A DNA stretch of 61,637 bases from Parcubacteria group bacterium GW2011_GWA2_48_9 (GCA_001003705.1 LCPQ01000006.1:1-61637), one strand, 5' to 3'; numbered from the stretch's first letter, positions 15,106-24,383 are shown. Made by a program: numbers and translations. Notes: generated by a model from the sequence alone, not told the origin.

Positions 15106-17877
15106 ATGGAACAGCAAACAGCACAATCATACGCCCCCTTTTCGTGCCCGGTGTGCAAGGGTACTGGCATAGAGGGATCGCGACAATGCTCGGCGTGTAA
15201 AGGCTTGGGCGAATTTGCCTGGGTAGCAGGGGACACGTTATTTTGGGGCAGAACTATCAACCGACTCCGTCTCGTCGAGGAAAAGATGGAGCGAGGGGTA
15301 CGAATGGGCATCAATGCTACTCTTATCTTTTTAGGACTCGTTGGGATTGTTTTTGCGATTCTTGACGCACTGCAAGCCATCCAGGATGGGCTGCAAGTGT
15401 GGGAATTTTTAAAAGAGCGCAATGGCTACATGTTCATTTTCGCGTTGAGCTTACTGACAGATTTGTATGCCTACTCACGACTAGACAGGGACGCCACATT
15501 TATTGAACGCGTCCGCCGCCGTTCATTTGATCTCGACACCACGACAGCAGGACCGGACGAGTTATTCCGTGCCTGGGAGAGTGATGCTGGTGGTAAGCAG
15601 GTAGATGTTTCTGACGCATTCGACAGGGTTACCATTGAGGCTGTAGAAAAATCGTGGCTGCTTGCCCAACGACTCGGGCAAACAGTAATGCCGCTTCACG
15701 TGTTCGGGATCCTCACTAGTTACGACGAGGTGCAGGTCATGCTCGCCCGACTTAATGGCCCCTTAAAAACGGTGACAGAAAAAACTGCCCGGAGCATTCA
15801 GGGTCTTCCGCCGAAATCACCGCAAGGTCCTGATGTTTCACGAGACTTGAAGCAGGCGCTTCTCGGTGCCTATCGTGAAGCGTATCTTGGACGCCACCGG
15901 AAAGTCGGCATCGTTCAGCTTTTTTCAGCAATTGTCCAACAGGGAGGCACCGTGGAGGAGATTCTCTATGACCTCGAGATCGAAAAACAGCAGGTAATTA
16001 ACGTTGCCGAATGGCTGAATATCCATGCACTGCGAGCCGAGCAACTTCGCATGTGGCGGAGGCGAGCGATGAGCAAACCATCTGGGGCGGTGAACCGAGC
16101 CTATACGTCACTGGCCACCCAGCTCTTGGATCGGTTTAGCCATGATTTGACTCATCTCACACTCCAAGGTGCTGTACCGATAGCCGTAGGTCGCGAAAAG
16201 GAGCTCGATGAAATGTTTCGCGTTATTGAAAGTGGGCGAGGCAACCCGTTGCTCGTCGGAAATCCCGGCGTCGGTAAACAAAGTGTCATCGAGGCGCTCG
16301 CAGGACTCATGGTTTCAGAAGAAGTACCTGAGGTTTTGCAGGATAAGCGTCTCATATCACTGTCTGTCGCTTCGTTAGTCGGAAGCTCCGGTAGACAGGG
16401 TGAGTTGGAGTCGCGAATGATCCAGCTCATAAATGAAGTGGTACGCGCTGGGAATGTCGTACTGGTTGTAGACAATATCCAAAACATGGTCGGTGTGTCA
16501 ACTGAAGGCGCCCAAAATCTCGACATTGCAGATATCTTTGCACAAGCGCTTGAAAAACGTCTCTTTATCTGTGTTGCGACGACTTCACCGCAGGACTATC
16601 GACGGTACGTTGAGCCATCCAGCAGCTTAATGCGCGTGTTTCAGCGAATAAATGTTGAAGAACCTGATGAAAATCAGACGATACGCATTTTAGAGAGCAA
16701 AGCAGGCGGGGTGGAATACAAGCACTCTGTGTATTTTTCTTACCGTGCGCTCGAACAAGTCGTCCGTCTTACTAACCGCTACATCCATGACAGATACCAA
16801 CCAAGCAAGGCATTAGCAATTCTCGAAGAGACTGCCGTGTATGTCCATAAGAAAAAGGGGCAAAGAAGCCTCGTAACGGGGGATGACGTTGCCGAAGTCG
16901 TTTCATCGCGAACGAATGTACCAGTGACGCGCGTCACGGAAAAAGAAAGCGAGAAGCTTATGAACCTCGAACAACAGATTCACGAACGTGTGATTGGCCA
17001 AGACGAAGCGGTGAAAGCAGTAGCAACTGCGTTACGCAGAGCCCGCACCGAACTCCGAGACATCAAGCGTCCTATCGCCAACCTTCTGTTTCTCGGTCCG
17101 ACAGGCGTCGGAAAAACAGAGCTCGCTAAAACAGTTGCTGAAGCATATTATGGCTCGGAGAACACCATGATTCGCCTCGACATGTCGGAGTATCAAGAAC
17201 CATCGAGTATTAACCGCTTAATAGGTGCGCCACCGGGGTATGCAAGTGAGGGTGAAGGCGGGTATCTGACGAACGCGATCCGCACGCAGCCGTTCTCACT
17301 ACTCTTGCTCGATGAGTTAGAGAAAGCTCATCCCGATATTTTAAATATCTTCTTGCAGGTAATGGATGATGGACGACTCACTGATACTATGGGCAGGACG
17401 ATTGATTTTACTAATACGATTATCATCGCGACATCGAATGCCGGTTCGATCCTTATTCAAGAGGGGATTCGAAGACAACTACCGCTCGAACAGATTAAGC
17501 AGGCGCTGATCAATACAGAGCTCAACAAGTATTTTCGTCCGGAGTTTTTGAACCGGTTCGATAATGTCGTAGTTTTCAAGCCACTCGCGTTCGAGGAAAT
17601 CGTTCAGGTGGCGGCTTTGCTGCTCAAACAAGTATCCCAGCGCCTGAGTTCAAAAGGCATCACGCTTCAGGCGTCGCGGGAGGCCGTCGAGGAACTAGCT
17701 CGTACCGGTTTCGATCCGGTGTTCGGTGCACGGCCTCTCCGCCGCGCGATCCAAGAACACGTCGATAATGCGCTGGCGAGTTTTCTGCTCCAGGGAAAGA
17801 TAGGCCGACGCGACATTGCCATACCCACATGTAGTGGCAGAGCTTGCTCTGCAAGGTACGAAGTGCAGAGCAAATAG
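15106..17877 (+). CDS. membrane-anchored Clp/Hsp100-family double-AAA+ ATPase with an N-terminal DnaJ-type zinc finger
   Basis: CPVCKGTG and CSACKGLG, two TM helices and Clp_N-like repeats. D1 reads GNPGVGKQS / VVLVVDNIQ / LMRVFQ. D2 reads GPTGVGKT / LLLLDELEKAH / GARPLRR. Confidence 0.85.
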   Translation: MEQQTAQSYAPFSCPVCKGTGIEGSRQCSACKGLGEFAWVAGDTLFWGRTINRLRLVEEKMERGVRMGINATLIFLGLVGIVFAILDALQAIQDGLQVWEFLKERNGYMFIFALSLLTDLYAYSRLDRDATFIERVRRRSFDLDTTTAGPDELFRAWESDAGGKQVDVSDAFDRVTIEAVEKSWLLAQRLGQTVMPLHVFGILTSYDEVQVMLARLNGPLKTVTEKTARSIQGLPPKSPQGPDVSRDLKQALLGAYREAYLGRHRKVGIVQLFSAIVQQGGTVEEILYDLEIEKQQVINVAEWLNIHALRAEQLRMWRRRAMSKPSGAVNRAYTSLATQLLDRFSHDLTHLTLQGAVPIAVGREKELDEMFRVIESGRGNPLLVGNPGVGKQSVIEALAGLMVSEEVPEVLQDKRLISLSVASLVGSSGRQGELESRMIQLINEVVRAGNVVLVVDNIQNMVGVSTEGAQNLDIADIFAQALEKRLFICVATTSPQDYRRYVEPSSSLMRVFQRINVEEPDENQTIRILESKAGGVEYKHSVYFSYRALEQVVRLTNRYIHDRYQPSKALAILEETAVYVHKKKGQRSLVTGDDVAEVVSSRTNVPVTRVTEKESEKLMNLEQQIHERVIGQDEAVKAVATALRRARTELRDIKRPIANLLFLGPTGVGKTELAKTVAEAYYGSENTMIRLDMSEYQEPSSINRLIGAPPGYASEGEGGYLTNAIRTQPFSLLLLDELEKAHPDILNIFLQVMDDGRLTDTMGRTIDFTNTIIIATSNAGSILIQEGIRRQLPLEQIKQALINTELNKYFRPEFLNRFDNVVVFKPLAFEEIVQVAALLLKQVSQRLSSKGITLQASREAVEELARTGFDPVFGARPLRRAIQEHVDNALASFLLQGKIGRRDIAIPTCSGRACSARYEVQSK

Positions 17878-17887
17878 CAAATGGTCT

Positions 17888-20800
17888 ATGGCATTGAATC
17901 TCACAGCCTCTAAGAAACCCCAACCTATGGCGAAAACCATGGATGTCCAGGTGAAGGAGGATGTTGCGCTGCAACACAAAGTAGCGCTCCTGACAGTCAT
18001 GCTGTCGGCGTTTCTTATCGGCATGGCAATTGCCGTTACTTTGATGTCTGAGGAACCTGCACAGATAGAGGTCCCTCGAGTCACCGCTGCAGCTGTTTCC
18101 TCCTCACTTGAAACCCGGTATGGGGGAACATGGGCTGTTGAGCTAGATGAGGAAAAGGGTATCCCGAATAATATCGTTGTGCCGGCACTCAAGGTTGGCG
18201 CATATTCGAGCGCAAAAAGCGATGAGACTATTACGAAAGACAATGCCATTGACATTGCAAAAGAGTTTATCAGAAGTTCTACCGACATTCTAAAGGTAAA
18301 TGCCGACAACCTCATTGAATCAAGAGTGTGGGATGACACGCTGTCGACTGATAAAAATCAGCGATTCATTATTGCCCATATGCAACAAACGTATCAGGGC
18401 GTACCGGTAGAAAACGCCGTAGTATCAGCGATGTTTCACAATAATGAACTGGTGAGTTATAACAGCTCCTGGTATCCGGGTGTTTCTGCATCTGTGGCTC
18501 CGAGGGTTACTGCCGAGCAAGCCTTTGCCGCGGCGAAAAGAAGCGAGTTAGCGCTCTACACTGACGAGACAGTAGCCCCCAAGGAAGAAGACATGAAGTT
18601 GGCTTCATCGACATTAGTCATCATGCCGATTGTTGGCGAAAGCGAGTACGCTTATAAGCTGGCTTGGAAGCTGAACTTTCAGGATATTATCGCGCCTACG
18701 TTAGCACTAACGTATTATATTGACGCCACTTCAGCGGCAGTGATATTTCGCGAAAACAGTGTTTTTACCGATTCATTTCGCGGATATATCGAAGGTGGAA
18801 TGTACCCGCTTAATCCGACTGCTGGACGGGAAGAAAACCTCTATTTTGATAGATTTGTGGTTAAAGCGTATCAGCAAGATGGGGCTGGTGAGTTTACCGC
18901 AGTGGCAGATGATGATGGGTATTACTACATGGACGGCCTGCCCAGCACTACGAATTACTTAGTGAGGTACAGCTTTGATAATGTCGGAGTACAAAGCGGC
19001 ACACTTATTTATGGACCATCAGGAAATGGAGAGGCACCTCAACGTTCTTTTGTGATGACACCCCGTCAATATAATTTGGACTGGGATACCGAAGACCCTA
19101 CGTACCAGCGTGAGGCATCAAACGTCTACTATCATCTCAGGCAGATTAAGGATTTCTTCAATCAGGGCCCGCCATATGGCATTCCTGGCCCAGGTTTAGA
19201 TTTGTTCGTGAGTGCATTTTTAGCTGATAACAACACTGTCTGTAATGCTAAAGCTTTTGGCGCATCGATTACTTTCTCGCGTCAGTTTGGGGACTGCGAA
19301 GCCACCACCCTTGGGTCCGACATTATCTACCACGAATTTGTTCACTTGATCACGGCAACGTTGTATGCATCAAACCAGCTGAATTCAGATGGTGAAGAGG
19401 CGAGTGTCAAGGAAGCATACTCTGATTACTGGGGCGCAACTATTACAGGTAATTCACAACATGGCGAAGTTATTTTTCCTGAATATTTAGTTCGTGACCT
19501 AAAGAATTCGCTTTCTTATCTAAATGACATGGATGGCGAGTACCATGAAGTTTCTCAAATACTAAGCGGCGCGCTTTGGGATTTTCGGACTAACATGGGC
19601 GGAATAGATCCGGTTAGCTTTGAAGAGGGAGTTCGCAAAGCAGACGAACATGTTATTCTGGCAATGAAGATGCTTCCGAGGAGTTTTGAGGAAGTCATGC
19701 AGGATATTATGATTGCCGATGATGATTTTGGCGGCATTTATGATGGGACGCCGCACATGCAGCAAATCTGCGATGCGTTTAATCTCAATCACGGTATTTG
19801 GTACCCTGCCTGTAACACATTGGTGCCAGGCGTAGCTACGCTTGGCTTTAATGAATTTGGCATACCGGCTGAAGGAACCTTTATGTCAAGCTCTCCCACA
19901 CTGTTTCCGATGATTGGAAGCGCTAGGGCTCCGGATGCAAACACGACATTCGAAAGCTACAACATCACCTATCGCAAGCTCAACCAGCCTTATTGGGATG
20001 GTGCGGCAGTTGCTCTCCAAAATGGCGGCATTCAGCAAGTGGATGCGGCACAGCTTGGAACATTGGACCAAAGCCAGCTCACTCCGGGATGCTTTTATGA
20101 GGCGCAAATGGATGTCCAGACATCTGCCGGGGTCACCTCGACGAACGTCGTGTTCCAGAAGCTTGGCGGTACCCAGCCGACCATGCCGCGCATGGTGTGT
20201 GTCTACCGTACTGGAATGCAAGGCGAGGATAATGACGCGTGCGAAGTGATCGCGCTAGTGACCGATCCTAAACCGAGTTTTTACAGCATGTCCGCCTCTG
20301 ATTGGCGACGTGGAAGAAATTGGGCGATTGTCTCTGGAGCGGCAGGACGCAGTCAGATTTCGGCGCGCTACTATGGCATGTGCGATCCTGATGGCGCAGA
20401 CGGCAGCTGCGCCGATGATTGCTGGAATATTACAGGAACGAACGGTAACGCCATAGGCGGTAATAACGGATGGGACAATGTATTTTGCAAAGCCGGCAGT
20501 GGGTGCTCTCCTGTGTCTTTTTCCGGCTGCCCGTCGGAAGACAGTGCATGTATCCAGAACGCTGTTGAAACTTTGGAATCCGTCTATCATAAGGTCGTGT
20601 ACCTCCACTGGGCGGCGGGTAGAAGCCGCGAATACAAGGACTGTTCTGATGACAACGAATTCCAGGTATACGCAGCATTGAATAATAGCCTTGTTCCGTG
20701 GCGAACCGGACAGTGTTCATATCCGAGGTGTGAGAAGATCTTTTACGGCGATGTCTTGGATGGATTCGAAACTTTTGGTCGTTATGAAGCCCCTCTCATT

Positions 20801-21448
20801 TTCCGTGAACCCCACCCAGAGATGAGTACGCCTGTTGACTTTATTCCCGAAGCCCGTGTTTTTGAAACCCCGGCTACAAAATGCGCCACCTGCGGTTGTT
20901 CCTTCGATTCGCCGTACTGCAACACCTCCGCCGACGTCTGCGAGCAAAAGTGCTGGGATGGACAGCCATTCAATACCTGTAAGCCAGTTACAGTGAATGG
21001 TGCTTCTGCAGCCAGCTACTGCAAGTTAGAAGATTTTAACACGTATCATACGAAGTATGCCTGTGGTTCCCTCTGTCCCGGCGTGCAATGTCCGACAATT
21101 ACTAGTAACTTTGGGACGCCGATCAAGCTTTTCTGTAATACGAGCATCGGCTACTGTGTGAAGTGCAATTCCCACGCTGATTGCAATGATAATTCCAGTT
21201 GTACGAACGATATCTGCACAAATCCTGGCCAGCTTAACTCCTCATGTTCACATACATCCGCGGTTGCGAATGATTGTCCGGCTGGCCAGCAATGCGGATT
21301 GAGTCCGTCCGGATGCTATTCCTGCGGCGGATGCCCTATCGGACAGATGTGTAGCAGTAGTGTTTGCGTGCGAGATCCGAGCTACGTATGTAATCCGCTC
21401 AAGCAAAACTGCGAGAACATTCGCGGAGCTACCCCGCCGGTCGATTAA
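17888..21448 (+). CDS. secreted or anchored M4 (thermolysin-like) zinc metalloprotease with FTP/PepSY-like propeptide and Cys-rich C-terminal region
   Basis: TM/signal anchor VALLTVMLSAFLIGMAIAVTL, HEFVH zinc motif, and downstream EAYSDYWG (M4 third-ligand motif NEAxSD-like). About 27 Cys fall in the last 200 residues, including CNSHADCNDNSSCTNDIC. The start is uncertain (17888, 17927 or 17939). Confidence 0.75.
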   Translation: MALNLTASKKPQPMAKTMDVQVKEDVALQHKVALLTVMLSAFLIGMAIAVTLMSEEPAQIEVPRVTAAAVSSSLETRYGGTWAVELDEEKGIPNNIVVPALKVGAYSSAKSDETITKDNAIDIAKEFIRSSTDILKVNADNLIESRVWDDTLSTDKNQRFIIAHMQQTYQGVPVENAVVSAMFHNNELVSYNSSWYPGVSASVAPRVTAEQAFAAAKRSELALYTDETVAPKEEDMKLASSTLVIMPIVGESEYAYKLAWKLNFQDIIAPTLALTYYIDATSAAVIFRENSVFTDSFRGYIEGGMYPLNPTAGREENLYFDRFVVKAYQQDGAGEFTAVADDDGYYYMDGLPSTTNYLVRYSFDNVGVQSGTLIYGPSGNGEAPQRSFVMTPRQYNLDWDTEDPTYQREASNVYYHLRQIKDFFNQGPPYGIPGPGLDLFVSAFLADNNTVCNAKAFGASITFSRQFGDCEATTLGSDIIYHEFVHLITATLYASNQLNSDGEEASVKEAYSDYWGATITGNSQHGEVIFPEYLVRDLKNSLSYLNDMDGEYHEVSQILSGALWDFRTNMGGIDPVSFEEGVRKADEHVILAMKMLPRSFEEVMQDIMIADDDFGGIYDGTPHMQQICDAFNLNHGIWYPACNTLVPGVATLGFNEFGIPAEGTFMSSSPTLFPMIGSARAPDANTTFESYNITYRKLNQPYWDGAAVALQNGGIQQVDAAQLGTLDQSQLTPGCFYEAQMDVQTSAGVTSTNVVFQKLGGTQPTMPRMVCVYRTGMQGEDNDACEVIALVTDPKPSFYSMSASDWRRGRNWAIVSGAAGRSQISARYYGMCDPDGADGSCADDCWNITGTNGNAIGGNNGWDNVFCKAGSGCSPVSFSGCPSEDSACIQNAVETLESVYHKVVYLHWAAGRSREYKDCSDDNEFQVYAALNNSLVPWRTGQCSYPRCEKIFYGDVLDGFETFGRYEAPLIFREPHPEMSTPVDFIPEARVFETPATKCATCGCSFDSPYCNTSADVCEQKCWDGQPFNTCKPVTVNGASAASYCKLEDFNTYHTKYACGSLCPGVQCPTITSNFGTPIKLFCNTSIGYCVKCNSHADCNDNSSCTNDICTNPGQLNSSCSHTSAVANDCPAGQQCGLSPSGCYSCGGCPIGQMCSSSVCVRDPSYVCNPLKQNCENIRGATPPVD

Positions 21449-21507
21449 TTCCGGGCAAGCGGCAGGTAAGTGAAGTGAAGCGCTGGTTTGGGTTGGTGAC
21501 GCCCCCA

Positions 21508-21537
21508 TTGACAGGGAGGGGGGTGATCTGTTAGGCT
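21508..21537 (+). promoter_or_regulatory. sigma70-like promoter
   Basis: TTGACA-18 nt-TAGGCT, upstream of 21593. Confidence 0.5.
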
Positions 21538-21592
21538 ATCGTGAAATACAAAGCAGGAAACGAATCGCACACTCAAAAGGAGCGAAGCAAAC

Positions 21593-22036
21593 ATGAAGAC
21601 CCTGGTGTTCTTTCTTTTACTCCTCGTGGCCTTCAGTATCATGGCCACAAATGCCCAAGCTGTTACTGAAGGGCAAAGCGGAGAAGCTGACACTACTGCC
21701 GTTCCGTCATCATGTACTGGCGGAGGGAGTCTCGACACCTTGCTTTCAGAAAGGAAATTCCACCTTCTGAATAAGCTGGCGTACTGTGTCCGGATTCTTG
21801 AGGAATTTCGGTGGGGGCAACATGTGTATCCGCCTATCGAAGTGCCAACGAACTGGCTGATCGCCAGTAAAACACCTCTGAACGAGATGGCGCTCACTGA
21901 CTCATCGGGTATCCCTTGGTCATTAGGTTACTGGATATGCCCAGAATCGGCCAAGTGGTACGTTGTTTGCGCGTTTGACGGAAACGGTTGTATCTTCGCA
22001 ACGGCGGACAATCTTGTTGAGCGACAAAAGAAATGA
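21593..22036 (+). CDS. small secreted Cys-containing protein, unknown function
   Basis: Clear signal peptide MKTLVFFLLLLVAFSIMATNAQA, SD AAAGGAG, and its own promoter (21508-21537) and terminator (22064-22090). Confidence 0.65.
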   Translation: MKTLVFFLLLLVAFSIMATNAQAVTEGQSGEADTTAVPSSCTGGGSLDTLLSERKFHLLNKLAYCVRILEEFRWGQHVYPPIEVPTNWLIASKTPLNEMALTDSSGIPWSLGYWICPESAKWYVVCAFDGNGCIFATADNLVERQKK

Positions 22037-22063
22037 CCAACTTCTACCACGAAGGTGATCAGA

Positions 22064-22090
22064 CGGACAGTTCACTGTCCGCCTTTTCTT
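22064..22090 (+). terminator. intrinsic terminator
   Basis: CGGACAG-ttca-CTGTCCG, then CCTTTTCTT. Confidence 0.65.
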
Positions 22091-22166
22091 ATAGGGAAAG
22101 CGGGCCAGGGAAATTTAACTACATAAAAAAACAGCGGCAGATGAACCGGCTGAATGTTTTTTATCT

Positions 22167-22553
22167 TTAATTAATAACGCCTACTCCCTCGAAGAGAAAG
22201 ATGATGATGGCCCAGGAGAGCATGATGACTACCATACCGATCATAGCCCACTTTAAGATGTCCTTTCCTTTTTGTATGCGCTGTTCATTGCCCGCCGACG
22301 TCATCCACATGATCCCGCCGAACATCACCATCGTGACTGCGAGAAGACCAAGGAATCCCAGGCCGTATTGCAACACTCTGATACCAAGACTTTCCGGATT
22401 GGTGTCGGGCAGATTGAGGGCGTGCTGATAATTGCGTCCTGGATCAAAGGTGATCGCATTGGTGGGGTCGAACAAGGCAAAAGAAAGGATCAGCAAAATA
22501 AGTAAACTTAACAGGACACTGAATATTCTGAACCGTTTTTCGTGTTTGGACAT
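22167..22553 (-). CDS. TrbC/VirB2-type (type IV secretion-like) pilin family protein
   Basis: N-terminal signal/TM, then two C-terminal TM helices bracketing GGIMWMTSAGNEQRIQKGKDILKWAMIGMVV. This is the pattern typical of CPR small pilins. Confidence 0.75.
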   Translation of the reverse strand: MSKHEKRFRIFSVLLSLLILLILSFALFDPTNAITFDPGRNYQHALNLPDTNPESLGIRVLQYGLGFLGLLAVTMVMFGGIMWMTSAGNEQRIQKGKDILKWAMIGMVVIMLSWAIIIFLFEGVGVIN

Positions 22554-22605
22554 AGAATATTCCTAGTATAGAGGACCACGAGAGGTTGGTCAATTTCCCG
22601 TTTTC

Positions 22606-22692
22606 TTACGAATGTGCGAATGTGTACGAATGTACGAATTGAATACGTATAAAGCGCGTATTCGTATATTAGTAGGATTCGTAAATTCGTAA
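22606..22692. repeat. palindromic array of (T)ACGAAT units
   Basis: Four forward units lie at 22608, 22617, 22625 and 22633. Three reverse units (ATTCGTA) lie at 22660, 22677 and 22685. The inner arms are ATACG/CGTAT, centred at about 22651. Confidence 0.85.
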
Positions 22693-22701
22693 GGTAAAAG
22701 G

Positions 22702-22730
22702 TTGACAGCAGCAGTAGAGAAGACTACGAT
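22702..22730 (+). promoter_or_regulatory. sigma70-like promoter of the orphan 410-aa gene
   Basis: TTGACA-17 nt-TACGAT, immediately downstream of the ACGAAT palindrome. Confidence 0.55.
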
Positions 22731-22788
22731 ACGACAGGATAAAAAGAAAGAATGCTGTTTTCCATGGCCAATAACAAAGGAGCCTGTC

Positions 22789-24021
22789 GTGATACATCCG
22801 GAAGAAAGGGTAGGAAACGGTACCGTACGTACCGTACAATATTCATTGCAAGATGGTTTGCACAGGACTCGTGTGCGTGGCGGGTTATATCGCGGCGACC
22901 TCTGTGTCGGCCTTACACGCGAACATCGGGGCCGGATCTTTATACCGTACTGGGCAAATACCTTGGTACATGCTGCCCGTGAGCAAGGCATCATCGGCGT
23001 ATTCGATCCAGAGTTACTCATCCATCAAGTGTTTACGAGTGTCTACCACGCCCGTCGGTATACGTATCACTTGTTGGAGGAACAGTACGGCGTGACATTC
23101 GTGCACGGTGAGAAAGCACGGATCATTCGCGCAAAGCAAGCGCTCGAAGAGCTCAACCTTACCGCCATTGGTTTACGGACTGGGAATGCAGCTCAGCTTG
23201 CGAAGACATTTCGCGATCGCGCTGGCTTCATCATTCAAGAGATCGGTCCCACGCCGCGCAATGATCTCAAGCGTCAAGCAGTTAACTATGTAGTCAATCT
23301 TGGCACTGTCGTGGATCGCTTGGGGCGAGTCAATGCAAGTGCAAAGATGGCGATCTCCGTCGCGGCCATGAATCGGCTCAAAGGGAGAATGGTTGACATT
23401 CGCTGTATTGAGCCGAAGATACTTGCTCGGCGTCAGACGATTGAAACATTGATCGAGGAAATGGAGGTGTACCTCGAAGGCATCATGAACTTCATTTCCC
23501 TCCTGATGCAGATGAGCAACCTCGAAGCCTTTTTTCGAGACAACGTGAGCTTGCGCTCGACGGTACGTGGCCAGTTGGGATTTTATATCCAACACATCGA
23601 ACTGTTTGACATCGCGCCGTTTGACCAGACGTCGCGGTATATCGCCGAGGAGTTCGGAGAAGCACGCGAATTGATCGGCAAAGGTTCGTATGGGCACGCT
23701 GTCACCTTACTCATGCGGAGCTGGAACTCACTCAAGCTTCGTAAGATCCGCACGGAGATCGAGCACGCAATTCTCGAGATCACCTTCTTGCTCTTCGGCA
23801 AACCTGTGTCAGTCAACTTAACGAAGTCGCGCACAATTTCTGAGTCACTCATCGACATCCACGATCGTCTTCTCGACGTTGATGAGCGGGGATTCAGACA
23901 GCGCGTTGTCGAAGATGCAGCGAATAAGGTGCTGGTTGCCCAACAATTAATTAGCGCTGGGAGCGTTGACGAAGTGAAAGCCGGAAAGGACGCTCTGAAG
24001 GCGGCGGCGGACCTTCTCTAA
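22789..24021 (+). CDS. orphan cytoplasmic protein (~410 aa), function unknown
   Basis: GTG 22789 lies 2 nt after the spacer following SD AAAGGAG. The track start TTG 22702 coincides with the -35 hexamer of the promoter, so it is rejected. The R/H/G-rich N-terminal ~90 aa is followed by a long helical region. No family recognised. Confidence 0.6.
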   Translation: MIHPEERVGNGTVRTVQYSLQDGLHRTRVRGGLYRGDLCVGLTREHRGRIFIPYWANTLVHAAREQGIIGVFDPELLIHQVFTSVYHARRYTYHLLEEQYGVTFVHGEKARIIRAKQALEELNLTAIGLRTGNAAQLAKTFRDRAGFIIQEIGPTPRNDLKRQAVNYVVNLGTVVDRLGRVNASAKMAISVAAMNRLKGRMVDIRCIEPKILARRQTIETLIEEMEVYLEGIMNFISLLMQMSNLEAFFRDNVSLRSTVRGQLGFYIQHIELFDIAPFDQTSRYIAEEFGEARELIGKGSYGHAVTLLMRSWNSLKLRKIRTEIEHAILEITFLLFGKPVSVNLTKSRTISESLIDIHDRLLDVDERGFRQRVVEDAANKVLVAQQLISAGSVDEVKAGKDALKAAADLL

Positions 24022-24046
24022 AACATCGTTCATCGAGTATCAATGG

Positions 24047-24077
24047 AACGCTTCGGACATGTACCGGAGCGTTTTTT
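24047..24077 (+). terminator. intrinsic terminator after the orphan 410-aa gene
   Basis: AACGCTTCGG-acatgta-CCGGAGCGTT, then TTTT. Confidence 0.75.
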
Positions 24078-24118
24078 CCTATCGGAAGGTGCTTCAGCTT
24101 GGCAGATCTTTTTGCGTA

Positions 24119-24147
24119 TTGACAAATTTGATTTCTTGACGTAGGAT
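24119..24147 (+). promoter_or_regulatory. sigma70-like promoter of the two small membrane-protein genes
   Basis: TTGACA-17 nt-TAGGAT. Confidence 0.55.
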
Positions 24148-24182
24148 AGTCCAATTACATCGTTCGTTTTCAATCGGAGGTT

Positions 24183-24365
24183 GTGATGCGAGACATTCTT
24201 GGACCATTCGTCTTTTGGGGCTACGTACTGCTGATTGCCGTGACGCGCGATCTGGATATCTTCATCGCCGTGACTATCATACTTGTCCTCTCGGTCATGA
24301 CGATTAGGACAAAGCCTAGGAACCCGGAGCTTGTCAGGGACTTTTTGCGGCAACTACTGTCGTGA
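24183..24365 (+). CDS. small two-TM membrane protein
   Basis: SD GGAGG lies 2-5 nt upstream of GTG/ATG. Hydrophobic helices FVFWGYVLLIAV and IFIAVTIILVLSVM. Confidence 0.5.
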   Translation: MMRDILGPFVFWGYVLLIAVTRDLDIFIAVTIILVLSVMTIRTKPRNPELVRDFLRQLLS

Positions 24366-24383
24366 ACAGTGGGGAGGGGGAAT

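Noticed and set aside
17816-17887. A frameshift fusing the Clp C-terminus to the next ORF, which overlaps it by 62 nt in the track.
   Set aside because: The Clp protein already contains the complete D2 small domain (GARPLRRAIQ...LLQGKI) before the overlap. The overlapping part of the next ORF has no homology and precedes the likely signal anchor, so a later ATG (17888, 17927 or 17939) explains it.
22606-22692. The repeat arrays as a CRISPR locus.
   Set aside because: The units are only 7-9 nt with no spacers of CRISPR size. The arrays are palindromic or tandem microrepeats, and no cas genes are present.
22702-22788. The ORF-track start (TTG 22702) for the orphan 410-aa protein.
   Set aside because: The TTG is the first three bases of the TTGACA -35 hexamer of a well-spaced promoter. 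A GTG with a good SD lies in frame at 22789.
22789-24021. Calling the orphan protein a two-HEPN RNase on the basis of RRYTYH and RTEIEH.
   Set aside because: About one R-x4-H string is expected by chance in a protein of this size and composition, and no other HEPN features could be verified by eye. It is kept only as a remark in the finding.
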